This document shows positions 9,448 through 19,664 of a stretch of 64,000 bases of DNA, piece by piece. Within the stretch, counting starts at the first letter, position 1. Every line of letters begins with the position of its first letter. Position numbers and translations under genes: made by a program. A model generated the notes under the pieces. It worked only from the letters and a program-made list of their open reading frames with translations. It made no database searches and was not told the origin of the DNA. The DNA is from an uncultured virus (IMG/VR IMGVR_UViG_3300042368_000845) (lineage: Duplodnaviria; Heunggongvirae; Uroviricota; Caudoviricetes), in IMG/VR virus record IMGVR_UViG_3300042368_000845, one strand, 5' to 3'.

Positions 9448-10656
9448 ATGCATCGACTTTCTTTGTCAATGATTGTAAAAAATGAATCACATGTGATTCT
9501 AGAGTGTCTTAATTCAGTATATAAACTTATAGATTATTGGGTAATAGTTGATACAGGATCAACAGATGGAACCCAAGATATTATCAAAAACTTCTTTCAA
9601 GAGAAAGGCATTCCTGGAGAATTACATGAAAAGGAATGGAAAGGTTTTGGTAAATCAAGAACAGAAGCATTAGATCTTTGTAAGGGTAAAGCAGAATATG
9701 CTTATATGATCGATGCAGATGATTATCTACATGGTGAATTCAAATTACCACCAGGAAATAAAGTTGATTCATATGCTCTTCGTCTAGGAAGAGAAGAATT
9801 TTCTTGGTGGAGAAATCAAATATTCAAAGTAGATGCTGAATGGGAATACGTTGGTGTTCTTCATGAATACGCTCGTTCTAGAGCAAAAGAACAACCAATC
9901 ATAGCAAAGCTTGAAGGTAATTATAGGGTAGTCGCTCGCACTGTTGGTGCAAGAAATGTTGGCATTACACCTGTTGAAAAATATACAAAAGATGCCGAGA
10001 CATTAGAGAAGGCTCTTATAGATGAACCAGATAATATTCGATATATGTTTTATCTGGGTCAATCATATTTTGATTCACAACAGTGGGAAAAAGCAATTGA
10101 TGCTTATATGAGAAGAGCCGAAAAGGGTGGATGGGGTGAAGAAGTATATTATTCTTTATATCGAATTGCAGTAGCCAAGGCCATGTTAAATCGTCCATGG
10201 GGTGAAATCATGGAATCATTTTTGCTTGCCTACAATTCAAGACCAATTCGAGCAGAGCCACTATATCATATTGCTCAAATCTATCGTACAAAGTTTAACA
10301 TGCCTGCAATCGCCTATATGTTCGCAAAGGCAGCATCAGATATTCCATTTCCAGAAGGAGATATCTTATTCGTACCTGATATGATGTACAATTATGCAAT
10401 ATTAGATGAATTGGCTGCTACAGCACATGCAGCAGGACAATTTCAATTAGGATATGATGTTTGCCGTAGACTATTACTTGAAAATAAGATTCCAAAATCA
10501 GAGATTCCACGAATTCAAGGTAATTTGGAACAATATGCACATATATTGGAACAGATGAAGAAACAACAGGCTGCTTTTCAACAACAGATGAAACAAATGG
10601 AGCCTGATCCAGAACCAGAAAAAAAGAAACAAATAAAATACAAAGAACGTAAATAA
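9448..10656 (+). CDS. GT2 glycosyltransferase with TPR repeats (protein glycosyltransferase-like)
   Basis: LSMIVKNE, DTGSTDGT, IDADD, GVLHE, followed by TPR-like helices (RYMFYLGQSYFD...). Confidence 0.85.
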   Translation: MHRLSLSMIVKNESHVILECLNSVYKLIDYWVIVDTGSTDGTQDIIKNFFQEKGIPGELHEKEWKGFGKSRTEALDLCKGKAEYAYMIDADDYLHGEFKLPPGNKVDSYALRLGREEFSWWRNQIFKVDAEWEYVGVLHEYARSRAKEQPIIAKLEGNYRVVARTVGARNVGITPVEKYTKDAETLEKALIDEPDNIRYMFYLGQSYFDSQQWEKAIDAYMRRAEKGGWGEEVYYSLYRIAVAKAMLNRPWGEIMESFLLAYNSRPIRAEPLYHIAQIYRTKFNMPAIAYMFAKAASDIPFPEGDILFVPDMMYNYAILDELAATAHAAGQFQLGYDVCRRLLLENKIPKSEIPRIQGNLEQYAHILEQMKKQQAAFQQQMKQMEPDPEPEKKKQIKYKERK

Positions 10657-10661
10657 AAGAT

Positions 10662-10686
10662 AAAAACCCGCAAGATGCGGGTTTTT
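10662..10686 (+). terminator. Intrinsic terminator
   Basis: AAAAACCCGCA-AGA-TGCGGGTTTTT hairpin with T run. Confidence 0.75.
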
Positions 10687-10693
10687 ATAAATA
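10686..10693 (+). promoter_or_regulatory. T4-type late promoter
   Basis: TATAAATA followed by AGGAG RBS and ATG 10711. Confidence 0.75.
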
Positions 10694-10710
10694 GCTGTAT
10701 AGGAGACTCC

Positions 10711-11037
10711 ATGCCAAAGAAATTCGGAATCGCAATCACAAATCCATCGGCAATGTATACTGTAGGACATATTGCAGCAACTGCGGACACCTACACTTCT
10801 GCAAATGCTCATGTTACTGGTACAAGTACTGGTGCTTTAAATGATGGTGTTTTAGTAAAGAATGTTGGTCCTCTTGATATAAAAGTTGCATTTAGCGGTG
10901 CGACTCATGGTTCAGATACAGGATTTATTCTTGGTCAAGCTGAACAGATTTTTGTCGAAACAGCAAGTTTATCATCAGTCATTGTTAAAAATAATACAGC
11001 ATCTGAAGGTATTACATTTAGCGTCTACGCAAACTAA
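10711..11037 (+). CDS. Small beta-rich virion-associated protein (paralog 1)
   Basis: AGGAG RBS; GVLVKN..TGF.L...EQIFVE motif shared with 11046 and 15236. Confidence 0.6.
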   Translation: MPKKFGIAITNPSAMYTVGHIAATADTYTSANAHVTGTSTGALNDGVLVKNVGPLDIKVAFSGATHGSDTGFILGQAEQIFVETASLSSVIVKNNTASEGITFSVYAN

Positions 11038-11045
11038 GGATTCAC

Positions 11046-11378
11046 ATGGGATTTAAAAACGATTTTTTAAATTATCCTGTAAAAGTATTTTTCTCAAATA
11101 CAATACGTAGTGGTGATGCAAATGATTTTGTTGTTATTACAACAGATGTATTAAATGTAAATACATCACTAGCAAATGTCGGTTTCCTAATAAAAAATAT
11201 AGGAACCGATTCTGATTGTTATTTTTTTGTCAAACACTCTAATAACAATCACGGTAGTAATACTGGATTTAGAGTCAATATTGGAGAAAGTATTTTTGTA
11301 GAGTGTAATAATATATCTGATGTTTATATAAAATCAAATACGGCTCAAGAAATTTCATATCAAGTAATTGGAAATTAA
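11046..11378 (+). CDS. Small beta-rich protein (paralog 2)
   Basis: GFLIKN..HGSNTGF....ESIFVE. Confidence 0.6.
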   Translation: MGFKNDFLNYPVKVFFSNTIRSGDANDFVVITTDVLNVNTSLANVGFLIKNIGTDSDCYFFVKHSNNNHGSNTGFRVNIGESIFVECNNISDVYIKSNTAQEISYQVIGN

Positions 11379-11387
11379 AGGAAAAAC

Positions 11388-14300
11388 ATGTCAAAAAATC
11401 CTGGAAGTATTTCAGAGCAAAAAAGTCCACAGACTTATATTCCATCTGCAAATCCATATAATTTAAGTAATGTTGGAGCACCAACACAATATAATAGTGC
11501 TACTGTACCAGTGACTTATAATGGTTTTAAATGGAGTTTTAGTTCTCCTGTGACATGGGGTAGATTTGTTTCTGGAGAACCATATATTATTCTTCCTGCC
11601 GCTGGTGTTATGGTAACTGGTGTATCTTATGAAAATACACCTGGTGTTTATGAAAATTGTCCAATTCTAAAAACTGGTTACACCAGTGAGGCTGGTCAAT
11701 TAAATAATGTTGGTATTACCATGTGGGTAAATGGTTCCATGAAGAATCCAGTTCCGTGGTATCATATTGAATTATTAAATTGGTCATTAGCAACAATTGG
11801 TACTACCATCCAAAAATGGTCATATGATGAAAGATATAGCAATAATATTAATTTAATTAAGGGATGGACAGTAATAAAGGATATAGATGAATCAAAATTC
11901 CCAATGAGTGAATTTTTACGATTCCCAGTTGGTTTGTCTGCTGGTGATGTTCTTGTTACCACAAAATCAAATTTCAATGCAAATTGGCAACAAAGCAATA
12001 GGCCACAGGGGGTGGCTAGATTTGTTGCTTTTACTGATCCATGGATGAGTCGTTTAGGTATAGAAAAATATGGAATTTTAACATCCATACCACAAGGTAA
12101 AGGTCCAACCTATGCTGATTGTTATAGACCACCTGTAATGTGGAATGGATCTTCATTCTCTGATAGACCAATATTCTATCGTAGAGATATGGTGAAGAAT
12201 ACAGAAGATTACTTGTTGAGTATCCCTGAGAAAAATGTTTATGGCGAAGATATAAATTTGAATAGCACAAGTATTCAACAAGAATTCAATAATTGGAATG
12301 ACAAGATCACCAATTATTGGAAATCTTCAGTTATGCCATATCATTCCCATCACCATCGTCAAGGTGCTGTTGGTGCTTATGATGTTTACAACTCAACACC
12401 AAATGAAACAAAATATGGTTATCACGGCTATAGCTGTAAAATTATCGATCAGACTGCACAATCAATATTTGTTCCTTGGGTATCAAGGACAAATAGACAA
12501 AAAGCCTTAGATAAATTTACACAATATGGTATAGATAGCTGGGGGATGATTAATGCTGGTGGTGCTGCTGCTGGTAACGGTGGTCATAATCAAGGTATAT
12601 TTGTTCCATCATTAGCATTTTTAGGTTGGGTGTATGATAGAAATGATATCAAACAATGGCACAATAATAAACAATTATTAGATAAGTTAAAATCAACACA
12701 AATTCACCAAACAACTGGTGCTTCTATACCTGGTATTTCTGGTGGAAGATGGGCTATAGGACAAATACAAGTTCCTTCCGACTTTTATGTAAAATCTCTT
12801 GTTTCCCAAGATTACAACCAAAGAGTCAAACTTTTTGGTTCAGCCGTTACAAATAAGCAAGGATTTACTCATGCTACACTAACTAATTCAGATATTGATC
12901 TATATCATGGTTTAACATATCCAAGTGTAGCATCAGGAGCAACTGGTGAGGGGTGGGGATATAAGCTGACAGGTATAACCTGTGCATTTGCATATAGTGT
13001 TCCATCATTAGAACTAACTGGTCAAATTGTTTCAGGTAATTTCGGTGTTATTGTTGCTCATAGAGACTTTGTTGGTAGACTTAATGGACTTGGACCAAAA
13101 TCAAATAAATCTGGTCCAGCAGAATTACCATTGAAGTTGAATTCAAATGGCTACTTGATGAAGAAAGGTTTTCATTCAGAAGATGATGTTACTGATTACT
13201 GGGGCTTTACATCACAAACATTAGTTGGTTCAAAGATAAAAATAACTTCTGGTCCTGGTGCTGGAAATACAGCATATGAAATTCTAGATGTAAAAAATAC
13301 TTTCGTAGATAGAGGAAGTCTTCAGGCTGGTGATGAAGAAACAGAACAAACAGTAACAAACACAAACCTACAAAAATTACAATATGCTTCATTTATATTG
13401 GATCGTGATTTCGATGATAATGTTGTTCCTACAAGTGAATCAACATTTAAGATTTATCCAGCTGAAAATAATTACTCAGGGTGGGGATTCTATGCAAATC
13501 CATGGTTACAAGGATACACATACAATATGAATCTTACAACCATATACAATCAACATAACTACAATGATATTGCAGATGAAAATATCATGAAGTTTGCAGC
13601 AATGTATAATTGGTTAGGTATCACTCACGAACAATATATGGTTGATTATATCAAGGATCTATATTGGAATACAGCCATTCCATCATATATAAGACGTAGA
13701 AAAATTTTAGGTGGACCATATCTAGGTTCATTATATGATTCTTCAAATATAGTTGGTGGCAACGTAATTGTTCAAATGTTAGGAATTACTGGCGCAACAT
13801 TCTTACCAAGATCAATAAATTTGAATGATTTGGCTGGAATCAACGACACAGTGCCTGCTTTAGATTTAAATGGAATTACACTTGAATTTATTCCTGAACC
13901 AATTACAAATTATACAGTAGTAAATGGAAGTGGAATAAGTTATTCTGGCTACGGTAAGATATTCAATACTCCACAGACACCGTTTAAGATTGATGCAATT
14001 ATCGATGATAAGATTTTCATTAATCCATCATTCTCATCATTGTACACTTTAATTAGCAGATTCAAGGCAAAGAATGGTCCTTTCTTGAGTGATGATTTGA
14101 TCACCGAAACACAAGAAACAGACAATCAATATAAAGACAGATATGCAATTTATAACTTTTTAAGTAAGAGAGATTTTACTAATGTCAACAATGTAGTAAG
14201 TAGTGCTGAATATTTAAGAAATATTCCATCACTGCAAACTTTAAATCAGACAAATACTAAATTAAATCTTACCTTTATTAGTAATCAATATGGAGTTGCT

Positions 14301-15224
14301 GGTGCAGCTGGCATATTACCAAATAATGGTGAAACTAATCTATTAACTACCTCCTATGGTATGAGAGCGATTACTAGAAATGGCAATTTGCTCATAATAG
14401 TGATGGATACAGAGACAGTGCGTGGAACTATAGATTTAAATGATATTTGGTACTGTGTTGCAAATCCAACAATTGCTGTTGGAGCCACTGCAATGGCAGA
14501 TGAATATATCATTTCAAATTGGAAGAAGGCAGAGAATGTATTTGGTTATTTTGCTGGCACTAATATTGGCTTCTACACAAATGATCTTCCTGCATCTGGA
14601 TCATTGATACCAAACTATAATCCAAGTGCAACCGATGATAAATTAATATTCTTCAAATATTTAACAAAATTAAATATTGCAGATACTCAAAATATGATTT
14701 CTGTTGTACCAGCTCCAACTGGTATTACACAATCACAATGGAGTAATATTAATTCAATAAATTATGCTGGTTGGACATTCTCAGATGCCTATAAGATTCA
14801 TAAGATAGATTCAATAATAACAAACAATACCCCAGGAAATGCTGGTTATTTTAGATACAACTTCATTAATTCAACAGCAAATGATTATAGAAGATATGCA
14901 TATAATACATTTAGATTGTGGTATAATAACTTTATTGACATGGAAACCATCCGTGGTATTCCAACATTCAGTATAAGACAAGAAGTTGATACTAATGTCT
15001 TTGAACAGATGGATATGTCGGTCGAGAAGTTAACATTGAATGAAACCATATTGAGTAATGAATTCTATAATCCAAAGGGTAGAAATATTTTAAATTCTGG
15101 TGTTATAGGTAGTGATTATGAACATAATGGATTCTATAACACATATATTCATGGACTTACATTCAATTTATTACTTCCACAGACTCCACATACATTGTTA
15201 TGGTGTTCAGGGGCTACAATTTAA
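11388..15224 (+). CDS. Large (1278 aa) probable virion-associated protein, function unknown
   Basis: Long ORF with RBS in late operon; N/T/G/Y-rich with recurring GAT/GIT/GLT motifs. Confidence 0.6.
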   Translation: MSKNPGSISEQKSPQTYIPSANPYNLSNVGAPTQYNSATVPVTYNGFKWSFSSPVTWGRFVSGEPYIILPAAGVMVTGVSYENTPGVYENCPILKTGYTSEAGQLNNVGITMWVNGSMKNPVPWYHIELLNWSLATIGTTIQKWSYDERYSNNINLIKGWTVIKDIDESKFPMSEFLRFPVGLSAGDVLVTTKSNFNANWQQSNRPQGVARFVAFTDPWMSRLGIEKYGILTSIPQGKGPTYADCYRPPVMWNGSSFSDRPIFYRRDMVKNTEDYLLSIPEKNVYGEDINLNSTSIQQEFNNWNDKITNYWKSSVMPYHSHHHRQGAVGAYDVYNSTPNETKYGYHGYSCKIIDQTAQSIFVPWVSRTNRQKALDKFTQYGIDSWGMINAGGAAAGNGGHNQGIFVPSLAFLGWVYDRNDIKQWHNNKQLLDKLKSTQIHQTTGASIPGISGGRWAIGQIQVPSDFYVKSLVSQDYNQRVKLFGSAVTNKQGFTHATLTNSDIDLYHGLTYPSVASGATGEGWGYKLTGITCAFAYSVPSLELTGQIVSGNFGVIVAHRDFVGRLNGLGPKSNKSGPAELPLKLNSNGYLMKKGFHSEDDVTDYWGFTSQTLVGSKIKITSGPGAGNTAYEILDVKNTFVDRGSLQAGDEETEQTVTNTNLQKLQYASFILDRDFDDNVVPTSESTFKIYPAENNYSGWGFYANPWLQGYTYNMNLTTIYNQHNYNDIADENIMKFAAMYNWLGITHEQYMVDYIKDLYWNTAIPSYIRRRKILGGPYLGSLYDSSNIVGGNVIVQMLGITGATFLPRSINLNDLAGINDTVPALDLNGITLEFIPEPITNYTVVNGSGISYSGYGKIFNTPQTPFKIDAIIDDKIFINPSFSSLYTLISRFKAKNGPFLSDDLITETQETDNQYKDRYAIYNFLSKRDFTNVNNVVSSAEYLRNIPSLQTLNQTNTKLNLTFISNQYGVAGAAGILPNNGETNLLTTSYGMRAITRNGNLLIIVMDTETVRGTIDLNDIWYCVANPTIAVGATAMADEYIISNWKKAENVFGYFAGTNIGFYTNDLPASGSLIPNYNPSATDDKLIFFKYLTKLNIADTQNMISVVPAPTGITQSQWSNINSINYAGWTFSDAYKIHKIDSIITNNTPGNAGYFRYNFINSTANDYRRYAYNTFRLWYNNFIDMETIRGIPTFSIRQEVDTNVFEQMDMSVEKLTLNETILSNEFYNPKGRNILNSGVIGSDYEHNGFYNTYIHGLTFNLLLPQTPHTLLWCSGATI

Positions 15225-15235
15225 CAGAGGATAAT

Positions 15236-15553
15236 ATGTCAAAAAATATAACACAAGTCATAAATCCACCGAAATTAATGATAACATTGTCTTTATCGAA
15301 TGATGATTTTCAATATTTGACAGATTTAGTTTCTGTTGATTTTAGTTCAATAAATAATGGTGTTTTCATCAAAAATAATTCAACTGTTTCTGGTCAAAAT
15401 GTTTCTGTAAAAATTGCCAATGTTACAAACGTAGCAAATACAATTGAATTAATTAATGATGATAATATTTTTATTGAACTTGATACTATATCGAATCTTC
15501 AATTAAAGGGTGATTCGACTACACCAAGATCAGTAAGTATTTTTGTTAATTAA
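15236..15553 (+). CDS. Small beta-rich protein (paralog 3)
   Basis: GAGG RBS; GVFIKN...IFIE motif. Confidence 0.55.
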   Translation: MSKNITQVINPPKLMITLSLSNDDFQYLTDLVSVDFSSINNGVFIKNNSTVSGQNVSVKIANVTNVANTIELINDDNIFIELDTISNLQLKGDSTTPRSVSIFVN

Positions 15554-15566
15554 TTAGCAAATTCAT

Positions 15567-15598
15567 GAAAACACGGAGAAGAAATTCTCCGTGTTTTC
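15567..15598 (+). terminator. Intrinsic terminator
   Basis: GAAAACACGGAGAA-GAAA-TTCTCCGTGTTTTC hairpin followed by T run. Confidence 0.75.
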
Positions 15599-15601
15599 TT
15601 T

Positions 15602-15609
15602 TATAAATA
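15602..15609 (+). promoter_or_regulatory. T4-type late promoter
   Basis: TATAAATA 6 nt upstream of ATG 15616. Confidence 0.75.
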
Positions 15610-15615
15610 TTCATA

Positions 15616-16782
15616 ATGCCTTTAAATTTTCCAGCAAATCCTATGACTGGTGCTACATTTTCATTTGAAAATGTGTCATGGACATATAATGGATATGCTT
15701 GGCAGAGATTAGTTGGTCCAACTGGAGCAATAGGTCCAATTGGTCCAACTGGATCTCAAGGTATTCAGGGTCCAACAGGTCCAACAGGATCTCAGGGTCC
15801 AACAGGTCCAACAGGATCTCAGGGTATTCAGGGGCCAACAGGTCCAACAGGATCTCAGGGTATTCAGGGTCCAACAGGATCTCAAGGTGTATCAGGTGCA
15901 ATAAGTTTTACTTCATCAACTACAGCACCCGCAGGAGCCACATACGGCGATATGTGGTTCAACACCACAAGCGGAAATATATTTGTTTATATTACAGACG
16001 GAACATCTTCCTATTGGGTTGAACCATTTGGTCCTCAAGGAGCAACAGGTGCTAATGGAACAAATGGAGTAAGTGGTGCTACTGGTGCTACAGGAGCAAC
16101 AGGTTTTCAAGGTAATACTGGTGCAACAGGTTCTCAAGGTGTTACAGGTGCCACTGGTCCCCAAGGTGCAACAGGTACCGCAGGTTCAGGTGTTGCTGGT
16201 AACAACGATGTCGGTGTGATGTATTTGAAAAATAATGCTGTCGAGACAGTAATTTCCGTAATCAACCAGCGTCAGGTTGTTTCGGGAACTATGCAAACGG
16301 GAGCCTTATACAATTTTATCAAAGATCCCTCGACTAACTCGTTAAAATATACAGGTAGTGGTGGAAGATTCCATGCTATAGCAACCTTCGACTTTTTTAG
16401 CGAAGTTAGCAACAACACATGTGGATTCTACATCGGAAAGAACACAGATCCTGCTAGTGGTCTGAGTGCGGATGCTGACAGAATCTCGGAATCAGAAATT
16501 TATGTTGACTGTTCATCATCGTCTAAACCAGTTGCGGGTGCTATTCAGACAATAGTTGATCTTGAGACGGATGATCGTATCTTCTTTATTGTGCAGAACA
16601 AAAGTGCCGCAAAGAATATTACTGTTGAGTTTATGAAGTTTATAGCAGTTCCCTTGACATCCGAACGCGGAGCAACGGGAGCAACAGGTGCAACTCCAAC
16701 AAATATTGTAAATTCCGTCAACGGTCAAACAGGTGCAGTTCAATATATCGTAGACTTCAAGAGAGGATGGTTCTTCCTATGA
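15616..16782 (+). CDS. Collagen-like fibre protein
   Basis: N-terminal MPLNFP..W.YNG.AW module; two Gly-X-Y tracts (GPT/GSQ/GAT); GDMWFNT..GNIFVY module. Confidence 0.8.
   Translation: MPLNFPANPMTGATFSFENVSWTYNGYAWQRLVGPTGAIGPIGPTGSQGIQGPTGPTGSQGPTGPTGSQGIQGPTGPTGSQGIQGPTGSQGVSGAISFTSSTTAPAGATYGDMWFNTTSGNIFVYITDGTSSYWVEPFGPQGATGANGTNGVSGATGATGATGFQGNTGATGSQGVTGATGPQGATGTAGSGVAGNNDVGVMYLKNNAVETVISVINQRQVVSGTMQTGALYNFIKDPSTNSLKYTGSGGRFHAIATFDFFSEVSNNTCGFYIGKNTDPASGLSADADRISESEIYVDCSSSSKPVAGAIQTIVDLETDDRIFFIVQNKSAAKNITVEFMKFIAVPLTSERGATGATGATPTNIVNSVNGQTGAVQYIVDFKRGWFFL
15715..15888 (+). repeat. Collagen-coding tandem repeat (GGTCCAACA / GGATCTCAG / GGTATTCAG units)
   Basis: Near-identical 9- and 27-nt units, also present at 19962-20350. 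Confidence 0.85.
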
Positions 16783-17663
16783 GAAGATGGCGATTAAACT
16801 CTGGTTACAATGGAACAACAGATCAACGCCGAACTCAGGCGGGAACCATTCCTATGTTGAAGCATTACATGGAGAGAGATGTGGGATTGTTTTTTAATAC
16901 TGTTGCTGTTGGGTGGACGCCTGCCAATCTTACTTCTATTGCTTGTTGGTTAGACGCAGCAGACATAAACACAATCACCCTTAATGAAACTACTGTTTCT
17001 CAATGGAACGACAAGAGTGGAAACGAAAGACACGCAACACAAGCGAATGCAGCAAATCAACCAACATATATTTCTAATGGAATGAACTCATTAGGACTCA
17101 TTGATTGGGATGGTTTAAACGATTCAATGACGATAAGTGGAGGAATAACACCATTACATTCAGAATTATCGGGAGACAATACTTATAGCATGGCATGGGC
17201 AGTAAAGCCAGATACAATCAGCGGTCAAGAAGTTTTGCTTTATGTGCCAGAAGGTAGTTGGAAATTCTTAGTTGAAATCAAAAGTGATGGAGGATTGTAT
17301 TGGGGAGATACTACATCCAACTACAGAACATATAATGGAGGATCATTCTTCGTAATTAATACTGGAACTTTCTTTACGCTAATCAAGACAGGATTGGGTG
17401 CTGGAACTGCCCATGTAGGAGGAACCCTCAACACTAGTTTTACAAATAATGGTGGTCTGGGTGATACTCCTTCATTAGGCGCAGCATTTATTTTGGGTCA
17501 ATATCCTGGTCTATTCTACAATGGTAAGATGGCAGAAATCATTATATCAAATTATTCTTGGGATACACCTGAAAGACAACGAGTCGAAGGATATCTTGCA
17601 CACAAATGGGGATTACAAGCAAATCTTCCCAATGATCACCCGTACAAATCCTCCGCACCATAA
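16779..17663 (+). CDS. LamG/ConA-like lectin-type virion protein (paralog A)
   Basis: [44 protein letters not shown] overlaps the upstream TGA (ATGA). Confidence 0.7.
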   Translation: MRRWRLNSGYNGTTDQRRTQAGTIPMLKHYMERDVGLFFNTVAVGWTPANLTSIACWLDAADINTITLNETTVSQWNDKSGNERHATQANAANQPTYISNGMNSLGLIDWDGLNDSMTISGGITPLHSELSGDNTYSMAWAVKPDTISGQEVLLYVPEGSWKFLVEIKSDGGLYWGDTTSNYRTYNGGSFFVINTGTFFTLIKTGLGAGTAHVGGTLNTSFTNNGGLGDTPSLGAAFILGQYPGLFYNGKMAEIIISNYSWDTPERQRVEGYLAHKWGLQANLPNDHPYKSSAP

Positions 17664-17679
17664 GCGTAAATACTAACAA

Positions 17680-18744
17680 ATGCCAATACAATTTCCACCA
17701 TCTCCATCAGTAAACCAAGAATACACCTACGAAGGAAAGGTGTGGGCATGGGATGGTTCTTCATGGGTTGGTGTGCGTCAAGAAACAGGAGTACAAAAAA
17801 GTAATATCTGGGCAAAGCAGAATCTTCTAATTCCTAAACGAGGATTCGGATTAAACTCTGGTTACAATGGAACAACAGATCAACGCCGTACAAAGGCAGG
17901 AACCATTCCTAGTCTGAAGCATTACATGGAGAGAGATTTAAATGAGTTTATTAATACTGTTGTTATTCCTGGTACTGAATGGACACCCGCAAACATTTCT
18001 ACTGTCTTTTGGTTAGATGCAGCAGACTCTAGTACAATCACTATTGCAACAGGTGTTGCAACATGGGCAGATAAAAGTGGAAATTCAGTAAACGCAACCC
18101 AAGCAACTACAACACTTCAACCATCATACTCTGCAACCGCTTTTCCTGGTTCGTTGCCAGGAGTTTTATTTGATGGTGTAGATGACATAATGGATATTTC
18201 TACTATAGCCATGAGAAACCAAACACACGGCGTGTATTGGGTTTTTTCAAGAAGTGGTGCAGGAAGTGGTGCTGATGGTTATAGAACAATTATTGGTGGA
18301 AGAGCATCTGCGGGAACTGGAACTGACCGAGGTGCATTGCACTATATAAAAATTGCTAATGATTTTGGTGCATCTTATCCTTTCTTCCAAGGACCTACAA
18401 CCGTCAGTTATGATCTGTCAGCAGGAATAGCATATTCAAATAGTACAGGAAATGTAATGTCATTTCAAAGCAATACCACGGGATGGGGCGTATGGAGAAA
18501 TGGAACTTTGGAAGGCACAACAAACAATATTGTAACACCCGATGCTACTAATATTGGATATTCTATTGGTGGGCAGTACAACACCTCAAGACGAATGCAT
18601 GGTGTAATGGGGGAATTAATTATGGTGGAAACCACAGATACCACTACAAGACAAAAAATCGAAGGATACCTTGCACACAAATGGGGACTGCAAGCAAATC
18701 TTCCAGTAGATCACCCGTACAAATCCTCCGCACCAACAGTATAA
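17680..18744 (+). CDS. LamG/ConA-like lectin-type virion protein (paralog B) fused to MPxxFP N-terminal module
   Basis: MPIQFP..W.WDG..W, then [23 protein letters not shown]. Confidence 0.7.
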   Translation: MPIQFPPSPSVNQEYTYEGKVWAWDGSSWVGVRQETGVQKSNIWAKQNLLIPKRGFGLNSGYNGTTDQRRTKAGTIPSLKHYMERDLNEFINTVVIPGTEWTPANISTVFWLDAADSSTITIATGVATWADKSGNSVNATQATTTLQPSYSATAFPGSLPGVLFDGVDDIMDISTIAMRNQTHGVYWVFSRSGAGSGADGYRTIIGGRASAGTGTDRGALHYIKIANDFGASYPFFQGPTTVSYDLSAGIAYSNSTGNVMSFQSNTTGWGVWRNGTLEGTTNNIVTPDATNIGYSIGGQYNTSRRMHGVMGELIMVETTDTTTRQKIEGYLAHKWGLQANLPVDHPYKSSAPTV

Positions 18745-18762
18745 ATATAAAGAGATAAATTC

Positions 18763-19083
18763 ATGCCCGACATATACCTCAACTACGCAACATCAATCGG
18801 AACCACTGGTGCAAGCACAATCTATGCTGGCATCACAGGTACTGCCATTATCAATGGCATCCATGTTGCAAACACAAGCACTAGCACAGCAAACTCTGTT
18901 TCCATTCAGTTGTTCAAGGGAGCAACAGGATACTACATTGTTCGTGCAGCAGCAGTTCCGATTCAGTCAACATATCAAGCACTAGACACACCTATTCCGT
19001 TAATAACAGGAGATACACTCAAGGCAACAGCAGGAGCAACTGCTGGTCTTGATATAATTGTATCAGTATTGGAGTCAACCTAA
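18763..19083 (+). CDS. Small virion-associated protein
   Basis: TATAAATA at 18740-18747; small beta-rich ORF. Confidence 0.55.
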   Translation: MPDIYLNYATSIGTTGASTIYAGITGTAIINGIHVANTSTSTANSVSIQLFKGATGYYIVRAAAVPIQSTYQALDTPIPLITGDTLKATAGATAGLDIIVSVLEST

Positions 19084-19391
19084 TGGCATTACAGCAGATA
19101 ATTCAACATGAGACAGGTTCATACTCGCAATATTGGCGAGTTGTTCGTACAAGTTTAAACTATGATATTTTACGAGGAGAAATAGTTCTCTATGGATATG
19201 TCTCACAACAAGCGCGTGAGTCTGGAAAGACCAAACTAGATTCTCGTACATTTTCAGTGACGACAGAAGATTTCAATACTTATTTTATTCCTTCTGCAAT
19301 CGATCCACAAGATATCAATCAAGTTAAAAATTCTTACTTGTATATTAAAGGTATCAGTGGTGGAGAATTTTCGACAGCAACAGATATTTAA
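19083..19391 (+). CDS. Hypothetical protein (fibre-associated)
   Basis: TAATG coupling to the upstream gene; typical small ORF in fibre region. Confidence 0.55.
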   Translation: MALQQIIQHETGSYSQYWRVVRTSLNYDILRGEIVLYGYVSQQARESGKTKLDSRTFSVTTEDFNTYFIPSAIDPQDINQVKNSYLYIKGISGGEFSTATDI

Positions 19392-19440
19392 AGGAAAATG
19401 CTATACCAGCATCAAGATATGACATATACACAGAACAAGG
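19338..19440 (+). repeat. Direct repeat copy 1 (about 100 bp; copy 2 at about 23317-23420)
   Basis: cttgtatattaaaggtat.agtggtggagaattttcgacagcaacagatatttaaaggaaaat...ccagcatcaagatatgacatatac.cagaacaagg occurs twice. Confidence 0.85.
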
Positions 19441-19645
19441 ATCTACTTTTAAACTGCATTTACACTACAAATATTCTGGTGGAACTGGATATACTGGTGG
19501 TATTTTTATTCGTGCTGATGCGACAACTATGAAAAATACACCATATGGAAAGCATTTTTATGATCTGGAATTGACAAATAGTCTTGGAGAGGTTCAAAGA
19601 CTCATTGAAGGTAGTTTTGAAATATCAAGAGAAATTACGAGATAA
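19403..19645 (+). pseudogene. Degenerate paralog of the 23383-23814 gene (start ATG->ATA, central in-frame deletion)
   Basis: Translates IPASRYDIYTEQGSTFKLHL..GGTGYTGG..GKHFYD.E.TN.LGEV.RLIEGSFE.SREITR*, matching both ends of 23383. Confidence 0.8.
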
Positions 19646-19664
19646 TTGACGGCGGACTTTATTG

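Noticed and set aside
1..10656. Bacterial O-antigen locus (host DNA or prophage flank)
   Set aside because: No wzx/wzy/ABC export genes; composition is continuous with the phage genes and a T4 late promoter lies within the cluster
16779..18744. Diversity-generating retroelement TR/VR pair
   Set aside because: Differences are not adenine-specific, both copies are coding, and no reverse transcriptase is in the window
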